The position numbers and the translations under genes are program-made. The notes under the pieces were generated by a model. That model was not told the DNA's origin. It was given only the letters and a program-made list of their open reading frames with translations, and made no database searches. A DNA stretch of 63,925 nt, the filler included, from Octopus bimaculoides (lineage: Eukaryota), in NCBI RefSeq assembly GCF_001194135.2. It is 12 parts of 12 records of this genome, joined end to end, with 100 filler letters (N's around TTAATTAATTAA, not from the genome) between each part and the next. Parts side by side here need not be neighbours in the genome. Positions count along the whole stretch, not along the records: positions 29,777 to 45,529 come from NC_069009.1; positions 45,630 to 48,354 come from NC_068981.1; positions 48,455 to 54,453 come from NC_068994.1; 9 more parts are not named here. One strand, 5' to 3'. Of the stretch, positions 36,326 to 48,650 are shown piece after piece. The number at the start of each line of letters is the position of its first letter. Position 1 is the first letter of the stretch.

Positions 36326-37557
36326 ACAGAAATGGGCACCAAAGCTGTCCCTGCTCCCTGTGACTTTTATGTGGTTGGTAAGCAAGCTACTTACCACACA
36401 GCCACTCCTGCGCCTATATATTCTGGACTGGTGCATTGTTCTGATGCAGTTGCACCCACCTTTTGCAACAAAATCTCTTCTTGAACCCCTCTTTGTTGAC
36501 TTTCTGACCAGAGGGAATTCAGTGAATGTATATGATACCCTTGCTGTCAAAAAAAGGGATCCTTATAAATTTGCTGGTTTAATTGTTTGTGTAAATATTT
36601 ATAATTACACTTAATATAAAAATGCAGTAAAATCTTCCTTTTTGAATCTCGATCATTTAAATATCTTCTGTAGCTTATAGTGTTGTTTTTCTATTATTTC
36701 AGGATATCAGATGACATTGGATTTAAAGAATTATGTTTTACTCTGGATGCGTCACCAATATTTATCATCACTCATTGACCAAAGGAACATGTTATACAGA
36801 AGAGATATTCCACCGTTTTTTTTTTATTTCATAAAATCTATGATATGTTTCCTCTGAACTGAAGTATATAGTGAAAAAAAACCCAATGTCTTTAAAAGTT
36901 AAAGAAGCGATTTTTATATTCTCAATTGCAGGATGATGCTAATAATATAGCCTGAACAGGATAAGATACCCCTATTTTGCAGAAAAAAGTGTAGCTGGTT
37001 AGCTGTGGACTCGAACTCACAATGTCTTTAATTCACTGCCTGAAATATGTACCTGATGGTTTTGGATTTTAATTTAACTCAGATTACAAAGTAATTAGCA
37101 GCATCTACAGATATTGACTAAAATTACAGTTGATAGAAATATTGCACAAGAAATATGTGTTAGGAATTAAATATATATATATATACATACATACATCATC
37201 ATCATCGTTTAACGTCTGCTTTCCATGCTAGCATGGGTTGGACGATTTGACCGAGGACTGGTGAAACCGGATGGCAACACCGTATGTATGTATATATTTA
37301 TACATAGTCAAGACTATTGAAAAGGTTGCAAGACGCAATGAAAATAAGGAATAAGTGGAAATTTTACTGGTGAGTGTGTTAAATTATAAGACACCAAAAG
37401 AGAATGACTCTCCCCAACACACGAACTCACATAAATCTTGCAAACCAAATCCCAAAACGAAATATATAATTATATATATATATATATATATATATTGTAT
37501 ATATATGGTAACTGTTCAGAAGAAAAGTTTGTATAGTGTGGTGAAAGGAGAAATATT

Positions 37558-39735
37558 ATGGAAAATGAACTGTGTGAGACACAAACTGAAAAGTTTGGTT
37601 TTTCTGATGAGATGCCAAAAGATTCCGAAACAGCATTATACCAGTGTGATATCTGTCAAAAATCATTCTCTCAAAAATGTGATCTCACTACACACCAACT
37701 TGTTCATACAAAAAAGATGCCACATTCGTGTGATATCTGTGGTAAATCATTCTCTCGCGCTCGCCACTTAACCGATCACATACGTATTCACACAGGAGAG
37801 AAGCCATTTCACTGCGATATCTGTGGAAAATCATTCTCTCTTAGTCATCACTTAACTAGTCACAAACGCGTTCACACAGGAGAAAAGCCATTTAACTGTA
37901 ACGTGTGTGGTAAATCATTCTCGCAAAAAAGTAACTTAACTAAACACAAACTCATTCATATGGGAGAGAGTCCTGACCACATTAACGTCTCTGGTGAATC
38001 ATTTGCTCAGAATGATGGCATAACTAATCTGAAATGCCTTCAGACGGCAGAGAAACTATATCACTGTGATATTTGTGGTAAATCTACTTCTAGTAGTAGT
38101 AACTTAATTGAGCACATACGAATTCATACAGGAGAGAAACCATTTCATTGTGATATTTGTGGTAAAACATTCGCTCGCAATCGCCACTTGACAGAACACA
38201 AACGCATTCACACAGGAGAGAAGCCATATCAGTGTGATATCTGTGACAAATCGTTTTCTTGGAATCATCACTTAACTGAACACAAATACATCCATACAGG
38301 TCAGAAGCCATATCATTGCGATATCTGTGATAAACCATTCTCTACAAAAAGTAATTTAACCACTCACGAACGCATTCATACAGAAACGAAACCTTTCCAG
38401 TGTGATACATGTGGTAAATTATTTTCCGATGAAAGCTCGTTAACTGAACATAAGTGCATTCATACAGGTGAGAAACCATATCACTGTGATATCTGTGGTA
38501 AATCTTTCTCACGTAATCGTTATTTGACTGAACACAAGAACATTCATACAGGAGACATGCCATATCACTGTGATATCTGTGGCAGTTCATTCTATCGGTA
38601 TTATCACTTAAACGAACATAAACGCACTCATTCCGGAGAGAATCCACATCAGTGCGATATCTGTGGTAAATCGTTCTCCGGTAGTAGTAATTTAACTGAC
38701 CACATACGTATTCATACAGGTGAGAAGCCATATCACTGTGATATCTGCGGTAAATCGTTCTCTCGAAATCATGATTTGACTGTACACAAACGACATCATA
38801 CAGGAGAGAAACCATATCGCTGTGACGTCTGTGGTAAGTCGTTTCCAGCCAGTACGAATTTAACCACGCACAAGCGGATTCACACAGGTGAGAAACCACA
38901 CCAGTGTGACATCTGTGGTAAATCATTCCCTCGGAAAAGCTACCTAACTGAACACAAGCGTAGTCACACTGGAGAGAAGCCATATCACTGTGACATCTGT
39001 GGTAAGTCATTCTCGCAGAGAGGTAACTTGACAGAGCACATTCGTATTCATACAGGTGAGAAGCCATACCATTGTCACACCTGTGAGAAGTCGTTCTCTC
39101 AGAAAAGTAATTTGACTGAACACATTCGCATTCATACAGGTGAGAAACCGTATCACTGTGATATCTGCGGTAAGTCGCTATCCAAAAAAATCAGCGTGAT
39201 TGAGCACAAATACATTCATGCTGGAGAGAAGCCATATCACTGTGATATTTGTGGTAAAGCGTTCTCTCAAAAAGGAAACTTGCCTAAACACAAACGTATT
39301 CACACGGGGGAGAAACCATACGACTGTGATATCTGTGGGAAATCGTTTTCAGTGAATTTTTATTTGACAGAACATAAACACAGCCATACAGGGGAGAAGC
39401 CGTACCATTGTGACGTCTGTGATAAATCATTCTCCCGGCTTCATAGTTTGACTGAGCACAAGCAGATACATACAGGAGAGAGGCAGTTCCATTGTGATAT
39501 CTGTGGTAAGTCGTTCTCTCGAAATCTCCATTTAGTTGATCACAAATACATTCACACAGGAGGTAAGCCGTATCGATGTGATGTATGTGGCAAGTCGTTC
39601 CTTCGAAATTTCCACTTGAACGAACACAAACACACTCACACAGGAGAGAAGCCATATCACTGTGACGCCTGTGGTAAATCGTTCTCTCGCAAACAACAGT
39701 TGACTTCACATTGTTGTATCCGTACAGAAGAATGA
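37558..39735 (+). CDS. C2H2 zinc-finger protein, 725 aa, single coding exon: 25 tandem 28-aa units (23 intact C2H2, unit 5 degenerate, last unit lacks the second His); no N-terminal effector domain visible
   Basis: Uninterrupted ORF with [10 protein letters not shown]..L..H...HTGEKP repeats; in-frame TAG at 37534-37536 upstream of the ATG; candidate acceptor TTCAG ending at 37519. Confidence 0.95.
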   Translation: MENELCETQTEKFGFSDEMPKDSETALYQCDICQKSFSQKCDLTTHQLVHTKKMPHSCDICGKSFSRARHLTDHIRIHTGEKPFHCDICGKSFSLSHHLTSHKRVHTGEKPFNCNVCGKSFSQKSNLTKHKLIHMGESPDHINVSGESFAQNDGITNLKCLQTAEKLYHCDICGKSTSSSSNLIEHIRIHTGEKPFHCDICGKTFARNRHLTEHKRIHTGEKPYQCDICDKSFSWNHHLTEHKYIHTGQKPYHCDICDKPFSTKSNLTTHERIHTETKPFQCDTCGKLFSDESSLTEHKCIHTGEKPYHCDICGKSFSRNRYLTEHKNIHTGDMPYHCDICGSSFYRYYHLNEHKRTHSGENPHQCDICGKSFSGSSNLTDHIRIHTGEKPYHCDICGKSFSRNHDLTVHKRHHTGEKPYRCDVCGKSFPASTNLTTHKRIHTGEKPHQCDICGKSFPRKSYLTEHKRSHTGEKPYHCDICGKSFSQRGNLTEHIRIHTGEKPYHCHTCEKSFSQKSNLTEHIRIHTGEKPYHCDICGKSLSKKISVIEHKYIHAGEKPYHCDICGKAFSQKGNLPKHKRIHTGEKPYDCDICGKSFSVNFYLTEHKHSHTGEKPYHCDVCDKSFSRLHSLTEHKQIHTGERQFHCDICGKSFSRNLHLVDHKYIHTGGKPYRCDVCGKSFLRNFHLNEHKHTHTGEKPYHCDACGKSFSRKQQLTSHCCIRTEE

Positions 39736-40225
39736 CGTTACCAAACGTCTGTGGCCCTTCTTGAAAAAGAAGCATTTTCAGCTTCATCAATTGCCTCTGT
39801 CTCCATTTTTGGCAGAATATGCGCTAACATGAGATAGTTTCCTCTACAGCATTTGGTCTTTGGCAGTTCACTCACACAGGAGATAAGCCATATCACTGTG
39901 ACTCCTGTAGGAAGTACTTCTCTTGCAAACAACAGTTGACTTCACATGGTTGTATCCGTACAGAAGAATGATGTTGCCAAATGTCTGAGGCCTTTCTAGA
40001 GAAAGAAATATTTTCATCTTCATCAATTGCTTCTGTCTCCATTTTTGGCGGAATGTGCGCTAACATGAGATAGTTGTCTCTACAACATTTGATCTGTGGC
40101 GGTACACTCACACAGGAGAGAAGCCATTTCACTGTGATGCCTGTGGAAAATCATTCTCTTGCAAGCAACAGTTCACTTCACATGGTTGTATCCGTACAGA
40201 AGAATGATGGCACCAAACGTCTGAA
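39633..40225 (+). repeat. 236-bp tandem repeat (about 2.5 copies) made of the last finger, the stop codon and the proximal 3' UTR
   Basis: CACTCACACAGGAG at 39633, 39869 and 40105; each copy reads ..CxxC..KQQ(L/F)TSH.CIRTEE*. Confidence 0.92.
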
Positions 40226-40659
40226 GCATTTTGAGCAGTGCTCTAACAATTCTGCCAGTTTGCCACCTTAAACACCAGCTAAATAATGACAGTTGTTTTA
40301 ACTAAATTCTTTATTATTTTCAAAGTTAACTGAAACAAAGACAGTGCATTCAACAATTTAATTACGATAAAATTATTTTACAAAGTTCTTTATTATTTTC
40401 AAAATTAATTAAAACAAAGGCGGAGTAACAGAAATATGTTAAAAAAAAAAGGGTTATTATATTGCTCTCTTCCCTTTAAGGTGTGCTGTATGGATTCCCT
40501 TGGGATCCAGTAATATAGGCCCCAGGACGAGTATTTACAGAGCAGGGAGATAACAGTTGGGGAATTTACATTAATTACCTCCCCTGATCTGTGTATTTAG
40601 TTTGAAACATTGCAGTTTTAATCGACCTTGTGTATTCTCATCTGTATTCTGCCACAGCT

Positions 40660-40830
40660 TGCTGTGCAATACCATTCTTCAGGGCACTGTTGAGGTAGGG
40701 TGACAGAGAAAATCCTGGTTTGGCAACATCAAAGACTGGACCGGTCACAACACAGTGAACATATGACAAAAAACTGAGACCAGTGGCAATGGCTGACAAT
40801 GGAAGTATGTAAAGTAGCATCCCAACAACT
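40660..40830 (+). mobile_element. RTE-clade LINE ORF 3' remnant
   Basis: Reads ILQGTVEVG*QRKSWFGNIKDWTG, matching the RTE C-terminal ILQG.VEG.R.RGR.RKSW.DNIK.WTG pattern. Confidence 0.6.
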
Positions 40831-41845
40831 GGCTGCATCAGACAAGGAATCTTGATGATGAAAATTCCCAAGTGGCTCGCTTGAATAAATGTGATTATTC
40901 CTTCACATGAAACCACTGGTTGCCTTGTTAATTCAGAAAGAAAGAATATTTACCCACAAATGTGGTATAGAGCACTCATTCTCACCTTTTGATACTAGTG
41001 TATATATGTATGTCATCATCATCATTATTTAATATCATGTTCCAATTCATCTGGTGCTTGCAGCTAAAAAAACAAGCAAAAGAACCAACCAGTTATGCTC
41101 ATGCATAGACAAATCCAAATGTCCATTGGGCAATCAATGTATGACCAAATATGTGATATAGAAGTGCACTGTAAACACAAGAGGAGGCCCCTATGTATAT
41201 ATTGGAGCCTCGGCAGATATTTTCAAAAATCAATATCGTAACCACATTGCCAGCTTTCGAAAAATTCTTAAATGGCATGTAACATCACTGGCTGATTTAA
41301 TTTGGATGCTCAAGGACGCGAAGGTAATATATGACCTGACCTAGTCTATAATCAGACATGCGAGTCACTCTCAATTTTGTTAACAAAGGAGCGCATTATA
41401 AATAGTTTTATGGAACAGTGGATTTGGTTAAAAAGAGACGATGAGTGATGGCTAGAAGAATCTGGAGCTTTATTTGATAACCAGTTGATCTAGCAAGCGG
41501 GGCCTCATATCAGTGAGGAGGGCCCGTGTGCATTGATACCATTGAGAGGTAGACCCTGAAATGGAGCTCGTTCTTTCCTGATGTCCCCAAACACTTGCTG
41601 GCTTCCGGTATATGGAGCTTTCGACTGGTAGCACTTGCATGTGCAAGTTGGTTGCAAAGCATTTGCCCAGATGCCTACGTGCAGCTAAACACACATTCAC
41701 AAATTACAATCTTAACCATACCTAACTAATGTTAACCTGACCCCATAACTCAGATTGATCCATCTGAGTTAAAAAGAACAGTGTCAGAATAACATGTACT
41801 GAGACATATAACTTTACAATCTAGGTGTATATGAGTATGTATGTA

Positions 41846-41883
<38 letters not shown>

Positions 41884-42025
41884 GATAGATAGATAGATAG
41901 ATAGATAGGTAGGTAGGTAGGTAGGTAGATAGGTAGATAGATAGGTAGGTAGATAGATAGGTAGGTAGATAGGTAGATAGATAGGTAGGTAGATAGGTAG
42001 ATAGATAGATAGATAGATATATTTA

Positions 42026-42328
42026 CTTTATTTAAAAGCAACAGAAATATAGCAAAAGACTGTTACTCGTAGTTTCATGTTCCCGTTCATCAGACATATT
42101 ACTCTACCTCTGGTATTTGAGTACTCTTTTTTGCACCTTGTTGCGCATTTTATGTGCTTACTCCGGTATATATATATACTTTATTTAAAAGCAGCAGAAA
42201 TATAACAAAAAAACCGTTACTCTGAGTTTCACGTTCCCGTTCATCGGACAGTTTTGAATACTCTTTTTTCCACCTTGTTGCACATTTCATGTGCTTACTC
42301 CGGTATATATATATACTTTATTTAAAAG
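42026..42328 (-). repeat. Tandem 153/137-bp repeat, each full unit carrying a hammerhead-ribozyme motif; the third unit runs into an N gap
   Basis: CTTTATTTAAAAG at 42026, 42179 and 42316; hammerhead cores on the minus strand at about 42061-42097 and 42210-42255. Confidence 0.85.
42210..42255 (-). ncRNA. Minimal type I hammerhead ribozyme (U4C variant)
   Basis: Minus strand AAAACTGT-CCGATGA-ACG GGAA CGT-GAAA-CTC A GAG-TA-ACGGTTTT: 8-bp stem I (one G-U), 3-bp stem II with GGAA loop, palindromic stem III, GUA triplet. Confidence 0.7.
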
Positions 42329-42872
42329 NNNNNNNNNNNNNNNNNNNNNNNNNNNNNNNNNNNNNNNNNNNNNNNNNNNNNNNNNNNNNNNNNNNNNNNN
42401 NNNNNNNNNNNNNNNNNNNNNNNNNNNNNNNNNNNNNNNNNNNNNNNNNNNNNNNNNNNNNNNNNNNNNNNNNNNNNNNNNNNNNNNNNNNNNNNNNNNN
42501 NNNNNNNNNNNNNNNNNNNNNNNNNNNNNNNNNNNNNNNNNNNNNNNNNNNNNNNNNNNNNNNNNNNNNNNNNNNNNNNNNNNNNNNNNNNNNNNNNNNN
42601 NNNNNNNNNNNNNNNNNNNNNNNNNNNNNNNNNNNNNNNNNNNNNNNNNNNNNNNNNNNNNNNNNNNNNNNNNNNNNNNNNNNNNNNNNNNNNNNNNNNN
42701 NNNNNNNNNNNNNNNNNNNNNNNNNNNNNNNNNNNNNNNNNNNNNNNNNNNNNNNNNNNNNNNNNNNNNNNNNNNNNNNNNNNNNNNNNNNNNNNNNNNN
42801 NNNNNNNNNNNNNNNNNNNNNNNNNNNNNNNNNNNNNNNNNNNNNNNNNNNNNNNNNNNNNNNNNNNNNNNN

Positions 42873-42904
<32 letters not shown>

Positions 42905-44767
42905 TATGTACGTCGGGCTTCTTTCAGTTTCCATCTACCAAGTCCGCTCACAAGGCTTTGGTCAACCTGAGGCTATAGTAGAAGACACTTGCCCAAGGTG
43001 CCACGCAGTTGGACTGAACCCTGAACCATGTGGTTCGTAAGCAAGCTACTTACCACACAGCCACTCCTGATATATATATATATACACAACCTCGCATACT
43101 AGCATACACATTTACTTAATGTCATTAAATTGTGTTATCTGTCCAGTTAATGAGTACAATGTAGCCATTGTTACCATTAGTAACAATCTATCAGGCAAAA
43201 ATATCACCTGCGTAGGAACAATTCATAGCTGATGACAAAGCACACCTCTCTCCTCATTCAGTAATTATCTGTTTAACCCCCACGTTGCACGCACACACAA
43301 AATGAAATCATAATGTTTTATGCAACATGACTGTATATAGATATATATGTATGTTTGTGTGTGTGTGTGTGTGTGTGTACAGGTGTGGTCGTGTAGTCAG
43401 AAGCTTGTTTGCCAACCACATGGTTCTGGGTTCGGTCTTACTGCGTGGCACCTTGGGCAAGTGTCTTCTACTATGGTGTCGGGCCGACCAAAGCCTTATG
43501 AGTGGATTTGGTAGATGGAAACTGAAAGAAGCTCATCCTATATATGTATATGTATGTGAGTGTGTGTATATGTTTGTATGTGTGTGTTTGTCTCCCCAAC
43601 ATCGCTTGACAACCGATGCTGGTGTGTTTATGTCCCCGTAACTTAGCGGTTCGGCAAAAGAGACCGATAGAATAAGTACTAGGCTTCCAAAGAATAAGTC
43701 CTGGCGTCGATTTCCTCGACTAAAGGTGGTGCTCCAGCATGGCCGCAGTCAAATGACTGAAACAAGTAAAAGAGTAAAGCGTGTGTGTGTGTGTGTGTAC
43801 AGGTGTGGTCGTGTAGTCAGAAGCTTGTTTACCAGCCACATGGTTTTGGGTTCGGTCCCACTGTGTGGCACTTTGGGCAAGTATCTTTTACTTTAGCCTC
43901 AGGCTGGCCAAAGCCTTATGAGTGGATTTAATAGACAGAAATTGAAAGATATATCTTAGGTTGTTAAGAAAGTTCTTGCAGTTTTTAACTTTTATCAGCA
44001 TCCAACCACTGAGCTGAGTGTTACTGGTCGTCGTAAACAATCTACTTTTCATTGCAAGTCGCAATCCAGTCGAGAAACGGCTCGTTCTTGTGTAAAAGCA
44101 GGGAAGACGACACTTCAAAACGGCGTTTTTTTGGTTGTTGTTCAATTCACCACCATTGTCACCACAGCCACTACAGCCGACACCACAATCACCACCACCA
44201 CCACCACCATTGTCACCACAGCCACTACAGCCACCACCACAACCACCACTACCATCATCACCAACACCACCACAACCTCCACCAATGGCAGTAGCACCAC
44301 CACTACCAACACCACCATAAAAACCTGTTCTACCAGCCATGCTTGAAATTACTCAGGTGTGACAACGTTCTGTTAATTGGTGCATGTAAATACTCATCGC
44401 ACCCACCCCCACCCAACCTTGTTGCTTGGTGGTGGTCTTCCTTGGATTACTGTTGTTTGGTATCCTGCTGGTGGTCAAACAATGGTGAGTGGAAACCTAC
44501 CTATGATCAAATTCACTCCATCCATGGCCCTCCAGTCTAATTTTTCGCTGCATGAAAGATGAAAGGGGACCTGGGACTGCATTATCCTTCTTTTAAGATG
44601 GCGAAACATAATTTTGAGGGAGATTCAGTTGTTATTTCTAGCAGGTCAGATTGTCACGTAGAGGATATCCAGCTGATTCATGTGTTGTGGTGGTGGTAGT
44701 TGTGGTGGTTGTACTAGTGGGACAGTTCTGGGTCACAAGTGGTTAAATACATTTATTTATAGATGCA

Positions 44768-44802
<35 letters not shown>

Positions 44803-45629
44803 TCTTTNNNNNNNNNNNNNNNNNNNNNNNNNNNNNNNNNNNNNNNNNNNNNNNNNNNNNNNNNNNNNNNNNNNNNNNNNNNNNNNNNNNNNNNNNNNNN
44901 NNNNNNNCAACCGATGCTGGTGTGTTTATGTCCCCATAACTTAGCGGTTCGGCAAATAGACCGATAGCATAAGTACTATCTGAATAAAAGGTGGGATGGT
45001 CATAACTGGAGCGTCTTTGATCAGAGGTTTACTGGATCAGGACTGACTTGGGACCAAACAACAACAAAAACAACAAACCTTTATCTCGTTATATCTGCTA
45101 ATTGCTAATTTCTCAGATTGTTCCAATTCTTTCACTTCTGCTTCGCATTTCTCTCGGATTCGTCTGAACGAGAAAGAAAGAAAGATAGAATGAAAGAAAG
45201 AAACAAACAAACAAACAATATTGTGGTTTTAAAAATGAAGACCCACCACCACCTCTTTTCATGAACTGAATTGAATCTCACCTGAGTATATACATACATG
45301 CATACATACATATCAGACTACAAGTTCAGGTCTATCATCATCATCATCATCATTGTTTAACATCTGTTTTCCATGCTGGCATGGGTTGGACGATTTGACT
45401 GAGGACTGGTGAAACCAGATGGCTACACCAGGCTCCAATCTGATTTGGCAGAGTTTCTACAGCTGGATGCCCTTCCTAACGCCAACCACTCAGAGAGTGT
45501 AGTTTATATATATATATATATATATATATNNNNNNNNNNNNNNNNNNNNNNNNNNNNNNNNNNNNNNNNNNNNTTAATTAATTAANNNNNNNNNNNNNNN
45601 NNNNNNNNNNNNNNNNNNNNNNNNNNNNN

Positions 45630-45680
<51 letters not shown>

Positions 45681-45795
45681 GGAACAAAAACGCAATAGAG
45701 GACATTAAAACATTCGGACAGATAGACGATACAGAGGCGTACAAGAGAAACAACTGTTAGAAGGACAGGCAAAAAAAGACGGGTCATACGTGATA

Positions 45796-45832
<37 letters not shown>

Positions 45833-46321
45833 TGGAAATATATGTACGGTGGTGGACAACCATCACAGACACACATACACACATACACGTATCTATACAT
45901 ACTTCATTCCATGTGTATATATTACATTATTTAACAACGATATTATTTTTAAGAAACATTTGTTCATTATGTACAAGTGAAAGGAAAATATTCTCAGAAA
46001 GGTTAAAGGTTAAAGGCATGTTGACAATTTCGGCTTTTAGTCAGCCTCATAGCTGACGACAAAACAATGGCGATAGTGCTACACCCTAGTGGCAGATCAC
46101 AGCTGCGCAAAACATTGCAGTTAAAAATACGAGTTTGATATTTTGTCGGTAAGTTTCATAAACGAAATATAAATAAATCTCGCCCTCACACAGTTGCCCC
46201 GATCATATATAGACTTGAAATTAATCCGATAACATTTAGTTTTGGTTTATGCTAAATTTTCTGCAAAGTTCAAAGCCATAGCCCCAAAACAATGAAGGCA
46301 ATGCTATAACATTGTCTGCAT

Positions 46322-46646
46322 CAATGGTTCTCGACATTCTTTACTTATGGGCCTCTTTCATTATTCTTTTGTTATGGTATAACCCCATAGCCGTAAGATG
46401 TTTTATAGAGAATTCTTTCAAAATTCCAATTTTGTTATTTACTCATTCACTTGTTTTGGTTGAACGATGCAAAATGTCAGCGAAAGAAACCTGGCCCTTT
46501 CTTGCTCTACATTCATTTAAATCAAGACTTTTCGTGGACCCTTAAAATACTACTGTGGGTCCCCAATTTAATATTTTGCTAGCGTGGGCCCCAACAATCT
46601 TACATGGACCCCTAGGGGTCATATAGACACAGGTTGAGAACCACTG
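46322..46646. mobile_element. Degraded hAT-type MITE
   Basis: CAATGGTTCTCGAC at 46322 and GTTGAGAACCACTG ending at 46646 are imperfect TIRs of the CAGTGGTTCTCAAC type; GGACCCCTAGGGGTC subterminal motif; the 8-bp flanks match at only 5/8. Confidence 0.55.
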
Positions 46647-46929
46647 TTCATCATAAAAGAACATAGGCTCAGAGTAATTTGGTACAGCACCAATAAAATG
46701 GTAAAGCAATGATGGGTGTTGGACACCATTGCTTCCATCCACCATTGTAGCTGATCGATAATTTATTCTATTGACTCTGCAGAGATGACAGGCAAAGTTG
46801 ATCCCGTCGTGATTTGAACTCAGGAGGTAATGGGTGAAACAAATTCTAACAGTTGTGTCAAACCACCAACTTTTCCTGAGTATGGTACTAATAATAGTGA
46901 AAAACATTTACTCTCTCTCCCTCTCTCTC

Positions 46930-46982
<53 letters not shown>

Positions 46983-47155
46983 GTAGCCGTATTAACCGAC
47001 ACTAATGTACGGCGTCGTTTCTTCTCGGAATTAAGAAATCCATTTAATTTTTAAGCCCATTATAATGTTACGATGTATGAGATTATACTCAACTTCAGTA
47101 TGTGGGGGAGTTTGTGCGTGTATACATATATTTATATCCGATAAAATACTCTCAA

Positions 47156-47206
<51 letters not shown>

Positions 47207-48454
47207 ACACACACACGTGTTAAACTATTGGTTTCAAATTTTGTCAGAAGCCCAGCAGTTTTTGACCAAAGGAGCAAGTCGATTACTACCTGACAAGTAC
47301 TTATTTAAACGACCCCAAAAGTTTGAAAAGCATAGTCAACCTCAGCGGAATTCGAACTCTGACGGACGAAATGCCGCTATGCATTTTGTCTGGCGTGCTA
47401 AGGGGTCTTCTAGCTCGCCAGCTAACGCTATCGTTTTTAAAGCTTGTTTAAGAATAACAACAGAAAACTTAAAGATCATGTGACTAAATTGAAAGTAGAG
47501 TCTACATNNNNNNNNNNNNNNNNNNNNNNNNNNNNNNNNNNNNNNNNNNNNNNNNNNNNNNNNNNNNNNNNNNNNNNNNNNNNNNNNNNNNNNNNNNNNN
47601 NNNNNNNNNNNNNNNNNNNNNNNNNNNNNNNNNNNNNNNNNNNNNNNNNNNNNNNNNNNNNNNNNNNNNNNNNNNNNNNNNNNNNNNNNNNNNNNNNNNN
47701 NNNNNNNNNNNNNNNNNNNNNNNNNNNNNNNNNNNNNNNNNNNNNNNNNNNNNNNNNNNNNNNNNNNNNNNNNNNNNNNNNNNNNNNNNNNNNNNNNNNN
47801 NNNNNNNNNNNNNNNNNNATATATAAATGTATGTATATATACACACACATAAAAAGTAAAGTTGTGTTACTTGCTTAAGGACATAAGGTAACATATGCCC
47901 ATAAATATACACTCATTGGCGTTTGTAAGGACTCTGTGGTTGTTGTCGTTGTTGTTGCTGCTGCTGCTGCTACTGCTGCTGCTGTTGTTGTTGTTGTTTC
48001 AGATGATTTCTTATTGAATAACAACACAAACAACAACGAAACACTGCAGCTTCATGAAGAAGCCTCTAGGTGGCCTCTCAAGTTGTTAGAAATAGCAGTC
48101 AAATCTCTCTCGAATAACACCCTACAGGTAAGGACACACTGTATAATGTAAGCCTAGATACACATCGACCGAAAAAGAAAGACGGGATCGTCACGGCTGG
48201 ACTGCCTTGGATAATAGCTCTGCAGGATCAGAGATGATTGGAGCTTCAACAATAACAACAACGATGACAACGACGACTACCACCACCACCACCACCACCA
48301 CAACCACCACCACCACCACCACTACCACAACTACCACAACCACCACCACCACAANNNNNNNNNNNNNNNNNNNNNNNNNNNNNNNNNNNNNNNNNNNNTT
48401 AATTAATTAANNNNNNNNNNNNNNNNNNNNNNNNNNNNNNNNNNNNNNNNNNNN

Positions 48455-48650
48455 AGGGGGAGGGTCGGAGGGAGGAGAAATAGGAGAAAGAGGAGGAAAG
48501 GAAAGAGAAAAAGAATAGCAAGAAGAAGAAGGAGAAGAAGAAGAAGAAGGAGGCGGAAGAGGAGGAAGGGGAGAGGAAGAAGAAGAAGAAGGAGAAGAAG
48601 AAGAAGAAGAAGAAGAAGAAGAAGAAGAAGAAGAAGAAGAAGAAGAAGGC
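48455..48650. repeat. (AAG)n / purine-rich tract
   Basis: Directly visible. Confidence 0.9.

Noticed and set aside
35378-36830. Coding upstream exons for the ZNF gene (MEGQENRKRRR.. and the segment after the AG near 36702)
   Set aside because: No convincing donor chain, and the in-frame TAG at 37534 lies between the likely acceptor and the ATG. They may be 5' UTR exons, but this cannot be supported without transcripts.
38090-39790. Antisense ORFs over the zinc-finger gene
   Set aside because: Shadow frames of the repetitive C2H2 coding sequence.
39733-39840. A-to-I editing of the ZNF UGA stop allowing read-through into the duplicated fingers
   Set aside because: Read-through meets an in-frame TAG after 33 codons, and the 236-bp period is not a multiple of 3.
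42026-42328. CRISPR-like array (also considered for the satellite landmarks)
   Set aside because: Eukaryotic context, whole units are homologous with no unique spacers, and no cas genes.
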